NCBI GenBank assembly: GCA_002269645.1
Contig: NIVC01000953.1
Location: 155,302 to 219,301 of the forward strand
Length of the DNA stretch: 64,000 bases
From: Macrostomum lignano
Lineage: Eukaryota
Reading direction: 5' to 3'
Part shown: positions 50,700-64,000 of the stretch, piece by piece
Position numbering within the stretch: position 1 is the stretch's first letter
Layout of the letters: the number at the start of each line of letters is the position of its first letter
The notes under the pieces: model-generated
Databases searched by the model: none
Seen by the model: only the letters and a program-made list of their open reading frames with translations
What the model was told of the DNA's origin: nothing
Position numbers and translations under genes: made by a program

Positions 50700-51368
50700 T
50701 CCCCCACTTACCACCTCTAGAATCGCCCATTTACCATCTCTAGAGTCGTCCATTTACCATCTATAGAATCGCCTATTTACCATCTCTAGAATCGCCTATT
50801 TACCAACTCTAGAATCGCCCATTTACCATCTTTAGAATCGCCTATTTACCAACTCTAGAATCGCCTATTTACCAACTCTAGAATCGCCTATTTACCATCT
50901 CTAGAGTCGTCCATTTACCAACTCTAGAATCGCCCATTTACCATCTCTAGAATCGCCTATTTACCAACTCTAGAATCGCCCATTTACCATCTCTAGAATC
51001 GCCTATTTACCATCTCTAGAGTCGCCCATTTACCATCTCTAGAATCGCCTATTTACCAACTCTAGAATCGCCCATTTACCATCTCTAGAATCGCCTATTT
51101 ACCAACTCTAGAATCGCCCATTTACCATCTCTAAAATCGCCTATTTACCAACTCTAGAATCGCCCATTTACCATCTCTAGAATCGCCTATTTACCAACTC
51201 TAGAATCGCCCATTTACCATCTTTAGAATCGCCTATTTACCACCTCTAGAATCGCCCATTCACCACCTCTAGAATCGCCCATTTACCATCTCTAGAATCG
51301 CCTATTTACCACCTCTAGAATCGCCCATTTACCACCTCTAGAATCGTCCATTTACCAACTCTAGAATC
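50700..51368. repeat. 23-bp minisatellite (CTCTAGAATCGCCTATTTACCAT)
   Basis: Directly visible. Confidence 0.95.
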
Positions 51369-51714
51369 GAGTGGAGCATTCGGTCAGACTCTGATGTAAA
51401 TGGGTAAAGACCTATCTTTACACTGCTAAATCTTACTTGGTTATTCTTTATTAATAGCAAATTCTATTATTTTCTCAAAATCATGTCTTCGGCTTCTAGA
51501 TGTTGCTAGAATTCAATGTCTAGGCAGTTAGCTATTCTTTGCCTTAGTCATACTATTATTGCCAGCATCATCACAACTGATCTGTCTTACAATACATGTA
51601 ATTTGTCCGTCATTGGTTGCGATTGCAAGGCATTCGTGCTTTCCACCCTACCAAATCTGCGATCAACCTCAGTTGCTAGACTACCGCTACTCTCCCAGAT
51701 TCTCAGTTTCTGAA

Positions 51715-52010
51715 CCAGCCTCCCAGATCCTCAGTTGCTGGGCCAGCCTCTTAGATCCTCAGTTGCTGGGCCAGCCTCCCAGATCCCCAGTCGCTGGGCC
51801 ACAGCCTCCCAGATCCTCAGTTGCTGGGCCAGCCTCTTAGATCCTCAGTTGCTGGGCCAGCCTCCCAGATCCCCAGTCGCTGGGCCACAGCCTCCCAGAT
51901 CCTCAGTTGCTGGGTCAGCAGCCTCCCAGATCCTCAGTTGCTGGGCCGGCCTCCCAGATCCTCTCGTTGCTGGGCCGCCAGCCTCCCAGATTCCCAGTTG
52001 CTGGGCCACC
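51715..52010. repeat. About 28-bp GC-rich minisatellite (CCCAGATCCTCAGTTGCTGGGCCAGCCT)
   Basis: Directly visible. Confidence 0.88.
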
Positions 52011-52587
52011 CTAACAGCAAACGAAGAAGCGTAAATTAATTTTTTCGAATGTAAAATTCTTGCTCCCGTTTTCAAATTTCAGTCTCGAGGCCGAACATCA
52101 TGTTTGCCGTGCCGGACTTGAATCAGCAACTGGTACCGTAGCTATTTGCAATTAGTATTTGTATTTAAGAACTTTTAATATTTTTTAAACCGTTTTCTCG
52201 CATTTTATCAATGAGCAGTTGTTTTTATAAATTGAAATTGAAAATAAGCATTTATTGTGTGACATGAAACGTCAAATATAATGTTTTTTTATTATTGTGC
52301 TAATGTACGACGAGCGACTGACTACAACAGCTGAGGTTTACATATTGCTCTAATTAACGAAGCAAATATTTTATATAGCTGGAAAATACGTCTTGAACAG
52401 ATTTGTTAATATGCATTTGTCAGTTTTATTTGCACTGTACTGCATGCATGTACTCTCTGGGGTTTGACGAATATTAGAACTAATTAGAGCTGTTTCATCA
52501 TTTAGACAACTGTCAGAAAACTGTTTCAAATCATTGATACCGGATTTCTTCTCTGGGTGCGATGGCCGACTCAAGCGGCCAAGCTTT

Positions 52588-53606
52588 TCACGGTAGCACA
52601 GAGAAGAACTCATTGATTTCGGCCAGCGTCATTGAGGTGTTGGCAACAGCCACGGCCCGAACAACTCCATTGAGACTGGCGCCTTCTCCGGTAAACCTGC
52701 GACCCACCGACAAAAACTGGCATGGCAGCTGATAATTGGCATTCCAATTGTCTTCGTTGACAGAGACAAAATTGCCGTTAAAGTACATTGACGAAAGGGC
52801 GAAGTTGCCGGCTTTGACGGTGACCCCGATGTTGATCCACGACTCGTTGCTGGCTGGCAGCAGATTTTGATGGTCGGAGCAGCACGACAGCACGAACCTG
52901 TTGCTTTCGGAATTCGATATCATCTTTGCAAAGTAAACTCGATTAGCCGAATCGTGCTCCCAAACGTGGGCCCCATACGTAACCCAGTCTGAGCAGGACA
53001 CAGCCTCCATGAAGGGCTGGATCCTCGGCTGCCTCCTAAGCCTCATCAGCCACGTGAAGCTGGCCGACGGGTCGCTCGAGACGAAGCGGCTGTCGTTGAG
53101 CAGCGCGTACGACGATGTCCCGTCGAAGCGGGCGCCCTCCGCAGTCCACTGCAGGTTCGCGCTCTCCAGTCGGTGGCTGCCGCTGTCACTCTGGCACACC
53201 AGGTTGCTGAACCGGCTGCTCCCACCTGCCAGCCACACGCCCACCAGCTGAGCGTCGAGCGAGGCGTCGCAGCTCGCCAACGACAACGCGCGATACACCG
53301 AGCACTGCGACTGCTGCACTGCAGCTCCAGCTCCGATCGCGACGCACCGCTTGCCTGCATCGTGCGACACACCTGCTGGTAGTGGAAGAGCGAGCACACA
53401 CCTGTCTGCTTGTTCCACTCAAGCACCAGGTCGTCAGGCTCGCTGCTCGCTTTCAACACGCAGGCTTGCAGGCTTTGCGAGCTCCATCGAGTCAGCGCCG
53501 AGGTCTCGTCGAGGCAGTGCGGCATCCGGTACTGGCACCAGCGCCTGCGGCAGCTCGTTGCCGACTCAGCAAGAGGCAGCAGCAGCAGAAGAAGAGCGGC
53601 TGTCAT
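52588..53606 (-). CDS. Secreted protein: signal peptide + PAN/Apple-like Cys-rich module + LamG/ConA-like domain; single exon, one frameshift near 53365
   Basis: [16 protein letters not shown] signal. SLQACVLKA...EWNKQTGVCSLF is PAN-like. ARFDGTSSYA, SFTWLMRL, WINIGVT, MYFNG, LSVG...LNGVVRAVAVANTSMT..EI are LamG-like. Two GC-rich ORFs overlap and join if 1 nt is added. Confidence 0.72.
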
Positions 53607-54234
53607 GACGACTTTGCAGCTGTGGGTTTTGCCCGGTGACTCCATTTTGCTTTGCGGCCTAGCGGTGCTGATCACGAGAGTCGAGAAGTTGCGCGTGGGT
53701 TTTTGCCGCTCCGTTCTGACTAAATTGCTTCAGCTTGTCTTCTCTGGCTCTCCCGCAGCGGAGTGGGGAGGGGAGTGGCGTGGCCATAGCGACAGGGGAG
53801 CTCGCTTGTTTGGTATGAGATGCGGGCAAAGCGTTGATGGGCTGCGCTCGGGTAGTCAGTGGGGTGGCCAGCAATTGCCATTAATCAGCTGCATTTTATT
53901 TGACGCGGAGGCCACAGCTCTGCAGGCTTCCTGCGTCATCATCGCTATTGAAGTTGCTTTATGTCTCTTGATCGGTCCCCATCGACGTGATTCCCATCCC
54001 CATCCTCCTATTTCCTGATCAGTTGTTGCAGCTCTATGCATTTTTAATGAGCTCACTGGTGGGATGAGCTGCGGGCCTTGGCTGTTTTCATAGCCATCGG
54101 CTGCTAGGGTGCAATGCAAGGGTTGAGAGGCAGCTACAGGTAAATCTGCGTTGTGGCCTGGATGATAGGCAAGATCGAAATTCAAACCTTATCTGTTCTA
54201 CTTACTCAGTAGTATTCGGCGAATGTCTCTTGGC

Positions 54235-54655
54235 TTTACTTACTTAATTTAGCTTAGGTGGTTCCAGGCATCCGGATACAGCGGAGAGGCGTCGATGCCC
54301 ATTCGGCTATCCCCTTGCGATCATGACCAGCTAGTGCTGCAGTGTCGCGCAGAGAGATCCAGTGGTGCCGGTGTCAACTGGAGAGTCATCTGGAGAGTTA
54401 GCCCTTAGTAGGTAACGGATGAGCTGGCAGAAATTCTCGGGCCTGAAAGCGTCGAAAAGGTCCGGGTTTGGGCCGAGGTAGGTGAGCCTGTCCCTTAGTA
54501 AAGGCGGGGCATTCACAGATGAAGTGCTTTGCATTCTCAACACTGGAGAAGCAGAATGGGTGTGCCTATCACTGCGGATTCTTCCGCAGGCCTGTGAGGA
54601 TTGGCTTAAGAGGTCCATGGTCACCGCCCTGATGTCCTTTCGGTTGGGTCCAAGC
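54235..54655 (-). mobile_element. 5'-truncated non-LTR retrotransposon 3' end (CCHC knuckle, TAAG-type tail)
   Basis: Across frameshifts reads RKDIRAVT/HGPLK..L/PFCFSSVENAKHFICECPAF/R...LG...FCQLIRYL. A short 3' UTR ends in TAAGTAAGTAA. Confidence 0.55.
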
Positions 54656-55703
54656 AGGGCCCTGCATGCAATATACAAAGAAGTTTTGTTAGATTTAAAA
54701 TTTGCAAGGCTGAAAAGTGCAGTTGCAATCAAATCATTTCGAAGTCGATTTGCGAACTCAAACATAAAGTTAACCACCCTAACCCTGAGTATATGTATAT
54801 GCAATAATATCCGCAGGAGGGCTGCATACTCACTCTCGCAGAAGGCCTTCAGCGACATAATCTCACAACCAGAGCTGAGGCAATTCCGCCCCTTTCCACT
54901 GACTACTGAGCACATACAAGCAGTACTGTACGCAGACACGCAATATCTGGCATACACATGCTCACACAGGGTGCACAGTGACTTTCGAATCGTCGAGCTT
55001 TCCAAAGGGGTCGCCCTTCAAAAACCAGAATCGTACGACAAACCACCCGGCAATTTTTTTCTTTCGCGAGACCCCAAGGTAACTAGACTGCACACGTCAG
55101 TGACTTCGGCACGAGAGTTTGGATATCCTTGATGCATAATTTGACACTGCTACATGTACATGCAGATATAGTAGCGCAGGCTGTGTGGAACACTGTCACC
55201 GTCTGAAAGCTGTATAAACAAGGCTGTTTGCTTCTTAACTCTCGGAGACAAGTTTTAGCTAAACAGTATAAAGAAGTACAGCATGGCCCATGCTGTAGAC
55301 GCACAGCAATATGCACAATAATGTGCACCTTTGACGCTTTCTTCTGCCCTAGCAGCGGTTTTATCTGCTGAATTTCTGTGCGCAAAGTATTCTAATTATA
55401 GCTCTGACTCACCTGCAGGCGCACTCCTGTTGTTAAGTAAAGCGAAACTGCCCATGAGGTGAACTCGCGACAGGCTACACAGCACCTCGTCTGACCACGC
55501 CATTCAATCTTTATAAACGGCCCTACTGAAAAGAAGAGAGGCTCGAGAAAAGAAACTCGTCTGCATCTGCCTACAGAAAGCTCTTAAAAAGTTAAGCAGG
55601 GCCCTGCATGCAATATACAAAGAAGTTTTGTTAGATTTAAAATTTGCAAGGCTGAAACGTGCAGTTGCAATCAAATCATTTCGAAGTCGATTTGAACTCA
55701 AAC

Positions 55704-57371
55704 ATGGATTATTGGCGGAAAGAAAGAAGTATGAGCTCACAAGTAGCGTCTCTGGACGAGGTGTCCATAAATTCGATCAACATCGAAGCGGCGTCGATTG
55801 AACCGTCACCTGTTGATGCTGAAATCAACGAAGCCGTCATTGCGTCCGCCCTTGAGATCATGGACAGTCCGGAGCAGATGGCGGCGCTGTCAGATGAAGA
55901 TCGACAGCGGGTGTTGGAAATTACTCGCAATTACTTCGGAGAACATCGAGACAGCGATGTCTCTGAAACTGAAGAGCGCTCGTCCGCTGGCAGTGAAGCT
56001 ACCGACGACAACCTCCAGTCTGTGACGCAGGAAGCGAGCTTGGCGCTGACCATGCGGCTGCTGCACGAGGAGCTGGGCGACGCCATGTTCGCCGACCTGC
56101 CCCGCTCGTCGCTTTTCGACATCGTCCACTCGATCGGCAAAGTTGCCTGCGCAAACGGAGAGCCCGTAGTGGAACTGCTGGAGTGCAGCTCTGCTGCGAA
56201 CATCCTGCCGAGACTGCAGGCCTGGCCCGCCTGCCACCAGCAGCTGCAGGACAGCGCGGCGAGCTCCGAATTTTACAACCTGTTCACCGCGTCGATGCAC
56301 GAGCTCAGCGAGCGGGCCGGAACCCGGGACGAGTCGGAAGGCGAGTACAGGCTGGGCCAGTGCGACATCTGCTGCAGCGAGGACGACAGCCTGCTGTGGC
56401 TCGGCGGCTGCTGCCAGACCTCCGTCTGCGTGTTCTGCCTGCACCGCTGGCTCACTGACCACCTGATGGAAGTGGGCGCGAAGCTCGGCTGCCCGGGCTG
56501 CTCAGCCGTGCTGACGGTGCCGCAGCTGCGCCACCTGCTCAGCGACTCGGCCATGAATCGACGAGAGCAGCTGCTCGCCAGACAACGCGGCGGCAACAGC
56601 AGCAGCGAACGAGACTGTCCGAGGTGCAGCTGTCTGACCCAGCGTCCCAGCAGGCGGATGCGGCTGCGCAACGGCAGGTGGCAGAAGGAGCACGGAGGCG
56701 TCACGGTGAAGTGCGCCCAGTGCGACTACGTCTGGTGCTTCGACTGTCACTCGCCGGCGCATCCGGGACTCTCGTGCCGCAGGTTCCGGTCGGGAGTGCA
56801 CCTGCTGGAGGACTGGGCCAAGCAGTTGGAGCAGTCGGGTCTGAGGAAGGCCCGCCGGTGTCCGAAGTGCAAGGCGATGATTGAGAAAAACGACGGCTGC
56901 AATCACATGACGTGCGCGCACTGCGAGCACGAGTTCTGCTACCTGTGCAGAAAGCGGTGGCGGATTCCGCAGCTGAAGATCCCCTATTTCCGCTGGAGCG
57001 TGTTCGGCTCGCATTCGAATCGGCTGAGCGTGTTCGGCTGCCGTGAGAAGTTCCTGCCCAACAGGCCGAGACTTCGACGACTCGTTCGAGGCTCCCTTTT
57101 CGGTAAGAGTCGCCGTCCAGAGGACTGCAACGATCGTAAAGCAGTGAACGGGCGACCATAATTAATTATGATTTCATTCTGAATGTTCAGTCAGAACTTG
57201 ATATTGATTATTTCAGTTCTGCGCATCCTTGGACTCATCCTGGTGCCCACAGTCGGCCTGTCGGTCCTGCTGGCCGCGGCTGTCGCTCTGGTGGCAGTGG
57301 CGATCCCGCTCTCCCCGGTTATTGTGGCGGTGGTCGTGACGCTTACTTTAAAATCCCATCGCGTTGAGTAG
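55704..57371 (+). CDS. RNF217: RBR E3 ubiquitin ligase, RNF217-like: join(55704..57102,57217..57371), about 517 aa
   Basis: RING1 (CDICC...CPGC), IBR (CPRC...CAQCDYVWCFDCHSPAH), RING2 (CPKC..MIEKNDGCNHMTCAHCEHEFCYLC). The LSVFGC.EKFLP.RPRLRRLVRGS segment and C-terminal TM helix are typical of RNF217. Phase-1 G|gtaag...tttcag|TT. Confidence 0.9.
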
Positions 57372-57793
57372 TGTCAGACTGAATATTAACTTTTTGCTAT
57401 GAAACAGCCTTTTTAATTGAGCTTTCATTGAATCTGTGGTAAATTATTAAAAAGGTTCAGATCTACAATACGCTTTAATTATAATGTTTGGGTCTGATAG
57501 GTTCTCAGAAAACCTATCAGCTCTAAACAATTGTAGGCTTATATCTACTTTTTACTCTTGAATATTTCTCATATTTCGTATTGAATGATGCTTATTCTTC
57601 CAGTGACTCTCTGTTGCCGTGGAGTTTTAATTAATGCATAATACATGAACAATAACTGATTGGAACATTAAGTACTCGTAAAATTGAGATCTTATATTTA
57701 TTTTGCTGTAAGTTCCCGATTGTACAGTTTCAAAGCCAACAATTTTTGGCATGTCTGTTAGGTAAATAAACTGAAAATGTTATAAAAGTATTC

Positions 57794-58389
57794 CAAGGGC
57801 AACGCCATGGATTTTATGGTGGGAAGGGGGACAAAGCCAAGAATTCAACATGTACATGGTACATGACTAAATTTCAACATATCCATTTTTTTGAGAAACG
57901 TGTTCTCTGCGCTCATTTTAGCGCCGCAGGCACTCATTTTAGCGCCGCAGGCACTCATTTTAGCGCCGCAGGCACTCATTTTAGCGCCGCAGGCACTCAT
58001 TTTAGCGCCGCAGGCACTCATTTTAGCGCCGCAGGCACTCATTTTAGCGCTGCAGGCACTCATTTTAGCGCCGCAAGCACTCATTTTAGCGCCGCAGGCA
58101 CTCATTTTAGCGCCGCAAGCACTCATTTTAGCGCCGCAGGCACTCATTTTAGCGCCGCAGGCACTCATTTAAGCACCACAGGCACTCATTTTGGCGCCGC
58201 AGGCACTCATTTTAGCGCCACAGGCACTCATTTTGGCGCCGAAGGCTCTATATTTTGGCGCCCTGAAGAAAAATTATTGATTACCACAACTGGTCACAAG
58301 GCGGGGTGGGGGCACAAAGCATTGGCATGTCCCCCATCAGCTTTTACTTGGGGGACATGTCCCCGTCTCCCCCGGTGCCGACGCACCTG
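57794..58389. mobile_element. Possible hAT-like MITE carrying a 21-bp tandem array (GCACTCATTTTAGCGCCGCAG, 57910-58245)
   Basis: Ends CAAGGGC... and ...GGGGACATGTCCCC...GCCGACGCACCTG resemble hAT MITE ends, but TIR match is imperfect. The array itself is certain. Confidence 0.45.
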
Positions 58390-59159
58390 AGGATTCTGAC
58401 TATATTGTTATCAATATTTCCAATAATTGAAGTTTGACAATTTGGTCCTGTTGGTCCTGTTGGGTCTGCATGCAACTGGATATAAAGTAGCACAATGCAA
58501 AACTGAATTATAAAGAGTGCCAAAAAATTTTGATATGAGTGAAAATTATTTTGAGCCCAAACTATTTTAGATTAATTTGTAACGCTAAAATTATTTGAAA
58601 ATTTGCGTACAAAATCTGTTTCAAGTGAAAAATTTCTTTCAATTTGCATGAGAAGTTTAACGCAGGTACTAATTTAGAAAGTTGAGTTTCAAAAACCAAA
58701 AAAATGTAATTCCATGAGCATATAGAAGCAAAAACAGTTTACGTCACTGTGAATTTACCGGTACGCTCGTACTTGCTAAAAATATCTTTTAAAAACTGCC
58801 GACAGCAGATTTTTAACCATTTTAGCAACAGAATTTGTGTTTTTGCACCTAAAAATAGCTTTTTTCATGTAATATTAACCGGACTAATAATGTACATGGA
58901 GAGTATTTACGTCATTCTTATCGCAGGCATGCGCAAAATGTTTTACTAACAGTAGAATAATAATGTTTGTTAATTTATTTTTGATAAGTTTACATTCTCT
59001 TGATAAGTGAAGTGACTTTACACTCTAGAACACATTTACCTGTTACGAGCGTAGTTATTTTTTCAAGTTAGTTACTTTGCCAGTTAGACTTTGGAACAGT
59101 TTGTCTCACGGGTGTGGGGCTGCTGTTCAAAGTGAAGTTGTGTTTATTAGATCAATTTG

Positions 59160-59750
59160 CATGTCTAACAGGTGAATTTGAGTATCTAACAGGTGAATTT
59201 GAGTATCTAACAGGTGAATTTGAGTATCTAACAGGTGAATTTGAGTATCTAACAGGTGAATTTGAGTATCTAACAGGTGAATTTGAGTGCCTAACAGGTG
59301 AGGTCACGTGTCTAACAGGTGAATTTGAGTGTCTAACAGGTGAGGTTGCGTGTCTAACAGGTGAGGTTACATGTCTAACAGATATGGTTACATGTCTAAC
59401 AGATGGGGTTACATGTCTAACAGATGGGGTTACATGTCTAACAGATGGGGTTACATGTCTAACAGGTGAGGTTACATGTCTAACAGGTGAGGTTACATGT
59501 CTAACAGGTGAGGTTACATGTCTAACAGGTGAGGTTACATGTCTAACAGGTGAGGTTACGTGTCTAACATCTGAGGTTACATGTCTAACAGATGGGGTTA
59601 CATGTCTAACAGGTGAGGCTACATGTCTAACACCTGAGGTTAGGTGTCTAACACCTGAGGTTAGGTGTCTAACACCTGAGGTTAGGTGTCTAACGGGTGA
59701 GGTTAAGTGTCTAACAGGTGAGGTTAGGTGTCTAACAGGTGAATTGCGTA
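59160..59750. repeat. 21-bp minisatellite (TGTCTAACAGGTGAGGTTACA) with zoned variants
   Basis: Directly visible. Confidence 0.93.
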
Positions 59751-60821
59751 CACAAAGGTGAACAAATTAGGCTTGTCTAACAGCACATATCTAGCTGCAG
59801 ATGGAAGTCACTGATCACCTGTTAAGTGTGTGTTTTATCAATAACTGGCTATAGATTCTGGTTTACACATGACAAATTGCATCACAGATCATAAGCGCGT
59901 TGCACCTCTGCGGTTCTAAAAAACTAGATCAGTTCATTTTCCTGACTGACCTTCAAGTGTTTTCTGTATGTGTATGTGAATTTAAACAAGGCCCATATTG
60001 CAGGATTACATTAGGGAAGCCGCCCCTGGTCAAGTTTTGCTAGTCTTGCTTTGATCCAATCCAATTAATTGGTCAGTTACAGAACGCTCAGAATGCTAAT
60101 GAGGCCGAGTCACTCGATTGTTTCTTATAAACAAACAAGTTTTAGGTCACTTATAATTAAGGCCCCCGCAGGGAAGCTGAACAAATCAAACTACGCGAGG
60201 AACCAGGAGCTTTGATTAATAAATATAGTATTAAGCAACAAGTTGAAAACTCCCACAGCCAGAAATATTGACAAACCAGAAGCAATACTAGCCATGCAGA
60301 GAAAACAGATTAGTAAAACAAACGTGAGAAACACAGCGACTGAAGTGGTTGCTAACCAAGACAGAGAAAAACACGTTTAGAGTGTGCCTTTGCATTCTAA
60401 CGCTTTGCATTCACTTTTGCTACTCGCTTCTGATGGCCTACAGGCTCTGCTCTGAGTCAGCCAAAGGAAAGTTCAAGAAAAAAACGCCAAATTTCTTGTG
60501 CAGAATAAATGTTTGCCTTCTTCTATGTAGCTACATGCATGTATGATACGACCGGGTGCCACGCTGCTTCTGGCATGCAGGCCGGCTGCTAGCAGATGCG
60601 GGATTGAAGCCATTCGACTCCGCGAGGCATGGAGGGCCGGCGGTCGGGGGAGGGGGGCGCGGCCCACGACTGAAAGCAAGGAAAGGATCAAGTTTCCCTG
60701 AGACATGCTGGCTGGCAGCACAGCAGCTCGAGATGGGAGAGTGACAGGGCCGGATATGAGGAATCAATTGGCGTTCCTGCCACTCCTTCGGATTAATGGA
60801 CAGTTCGTGGACACTATCTGA

Positions 60822-61690
<869 letters not shown>

Positions 61691-61829
61691 CCACCTCTCC
61701 CTTGTTCTATCTCTCCCTCTCTCAATCCTAGCCTTCGCTAAGCCTTAAGCCTATGTTGATCTGAGGCAAAATCTTAATCCGCATCCCCAACCTGCCCTGG
61801 AAGTCATGCTGCGCTGTCATAGGAAGTGT

Positions 61830-62200
61830 TTCAGCGGAGATTAAAATCCGGAGCGTTGCATTTCTTGCTGAGCACGAGCAGTAGCATGCAAAAATCTGTA
61901 ATATTTTATTGCACAGCGCAGCGACTTGGCGTGCCAGGCTTTTCAATGCAAAGCATGAGTGACACGCCACATTGCATGCGTCTCATATCGCATTTGACGG
62001 AGCCCGCCTCGCCGTTTGCTTCAAAGCAATCCTATTTAGAACTGAAAGCTACGCGAACGCATTGAAACAGAGTAGATATTGGCCTAAACGCTTGTGTTTG
62101 CTTTGCCACACAACAGAACAATGGGCACTGTTCTTGAGACCAAGCCTCAACCTTGGGCGTGGCTTACTACATTCTTCTCTGATGGTCTTGTGCATCTTGG
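61830..62200 (+). mobile_element. Possible degenerate non-LTR ORF2 C-terminal fragment
   Basis: ...LFRTESYANALKQSRY...CLLCHTTE/TMGTVLET resembles a CCHC knuckle; multiple stops. Confidence 0.3.
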
Positions 62201-62514
62201 GCTGGGTACTGCTAGCCAGCTCCAGTTTCACAACACACAGTTTGATGATCGGATATCGCATACCTGCCTGGCCTTCGGAAGTTTGGAGTTTTATATAAGA
62301 CATTATTATACTGCTAAATACGAATTCTGGGCGGGACTCCGCTGTTTACCGACTAGCATGCGGTGTTAAAGAGGCGAGGAGAGACAGATAACTATGGTCT
62401 ATTTGTGTGCTAATATGACACGTCAAGAATTGTTTGATATAAGAATAAGGTCGATTCGAGGTAGGAAGGCTCATAAGAGCAGTAAAGGCTTTAAAAGCAC
62501 CTACGAGCGTAGAT

Positions 62515-62810
62515 CGGGGGTCGGCAAACTTCTTACGTCAAGGGCCAGAGAACCCAGCGCACTCGAGGAGGGGGAAGTGGAGAGGGAATAGAGAATAGAG
62601 AAGAGATAGGAGAGAGAGACGACGAGAGGAAAGGATAGGAGAGGAGAGGAGAGGAGAAGAGAGGAGAGAGAGGAGAGAAAATAAAAACTATAGGAAATCC
62701 GAGAGAAGGGAGCCGAGAAGGGAGACAAGACACAGACCTTGACCGGGCCGGATTGCTATTGTGAAGTCTGAAAGTACCCTACAGCCGAATAGAGAGCCTT
62801 TGCGGGCCCT
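62515..62810 (-). mobile_element. Second (inverted) copy of the CT-microsatellite-bearing hAT-like MITE
   Basis: CGGGGGTCGGCAAACTTCTTACGTCAAGGGCCA matches the right end of 20726-21366. The reverse complement of 62745-62808 matches its left end. The AG-rich core is shorter. Confidence 0.65.
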
Positions 62811-64000
62811 AGATTAAATGTAGAGTCCCAGTAAGGAATAATTTGGTAGGTAGGTAGGTTGATAGTTTGGATAGATAGGTAAGAAGATATATAGGTAGTC
62901 AGTTAGAGAGGTAGATAGGTTTGGACGGTAGGTTATCACCAGTTTGGGAGAATAGATTGTGAAAACTCAGTTCGGTCAGCAATTAGGATACATTTTGATT
63001 TTATACTATTTATTACCGTACTAGCAATCGTACTTGTGCAGAGGTTGCACAAGCTGGACTAGAATTCGGTCAACTCTTGGGTATTCTATTAGCTTAAATT
63101 TATGCTAATAATTGTCATGGGTTTGTTGGCTTCAGCGAAGGAAGAAGCGAGTGAGCTTAGTCTTCAGAGAGAAATGTTGTAGAAAACTCTGAACCGTTCT
63201 GTTAAATGCGAAAGTGCGCTTGACGTACGTTGGAGCGTGTGTTATATGTACTTTTAAACTTAATGGCCATGCGTCCAGTTCGTGAACCGGTAGGGAACGG
63301 GTATAGTTTTTAGTAAGAGCTATTAGTATAGTAAAAGTACGCAAGTACAAGCGCATGGATGTATTTTGCACTTAGTAGTGCGTGCGTGAAATAAGGTTGA
63401 ATAAATAGATTTGTATTGTAATAGAGCTCTCATTGTCAATGGACTAGCGGCTGCCCCCCCCCCGCTACCGCCATGGTGGTGATGCTCATAATCATAAGGA
63501 CTAGCAAAGGCCCTCCTCCGATAATACCGATCTGGTAACACATAAAAGTACAATGCACATAGACTAAGGGACTCGTATGTGTACTTTTCATTTTAATGCA
63601 GTCATGCGTTCATTTCGTGAAGGGCTATAGGGAACAGGCAACTATATTACCATATTACGAGTAGTAGATTTAGCAGAACCTACTGATAAAGTACACGAGT
63701 AAAGGAGGCGCAACTTCGTACACTCGTTGGTTAGCACTTAGTACAGTGCGCGTGTGGGTATAGGTAGGTATACGTGAATCAATCAATATATTATTAAACC
63801 GTGGTTATACGCGTAGTTTGTTTAGCACGTACAAGCAGGAATTATTGAGTGTATTTGCGTATCGCTCTAGTGTAGGACCTTCACAGACCCTATCTTCTGT
63901 CTTCCACCCAAACTTTGCCTTGCAGCAGGTAACAGTTTAGCTATATCTATCTATCTGTACGAGCTCACGGCACTTTCTATAATCGCTCAAATGAAAGCTT

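Noticed and set aside
54482-55132. 216-aa plus-strand and 224-aa minus-strand ORFs as genes
   Set aside because: Composite of a LINE remnant, the duplicated leader and unrelated sequence; no coherent domain.
59114-59761. 215-aa LTGEVTC repeat ORF
   Set aside because: A 21-bp unit keeps the frame trivially; no ATG, splice or domain support.

Overview
Eukaryotic, repeat-rich genomic window. The style (minisatellite-filled introns, GC-rich Q/P-rich exons, FaNaC-like channel) suggests a free-living flatworm such as Macrostomum lignano; this is inference, not proof. Manual splicing gives six protein-coding genes: a MIF4G/PAIP1-like gene (+), a FaNaC-like DEG/ENaC channel (-), an 11-exon PTPN23/HD-PTP orthologue (-), a head-to-head hnRNP L-like gene (+), a secreted PAN-like/LamG-like protein (-) and an RNF217-like RBR E3 ligase (+). 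There is also one tRNA-Gly(GCC). Most introns carry their own 15-35 bp tandem array, which explains the giant repetitive ORFs in the track. Mobile DNA includes several MITE families (one in three copies, two of them with perfect 8-bp TSDs), a Crypton-like recombinase remnant, a Gypsy gag remnant and non-LTR 3' remnants. The most interesting observations: (1) sharply bounded CpG-depleted, TpA-rich domains with internal evidence of CpG deamination; (2) a channel thumb that has lost two disulfide pairs at both partners; (3) a frameshift before TM2 that an alternative acceptor exactly compensates; (4) recurrent 1-2 nt deletions in three genes, which may be assembly error or a decaying duplicate.
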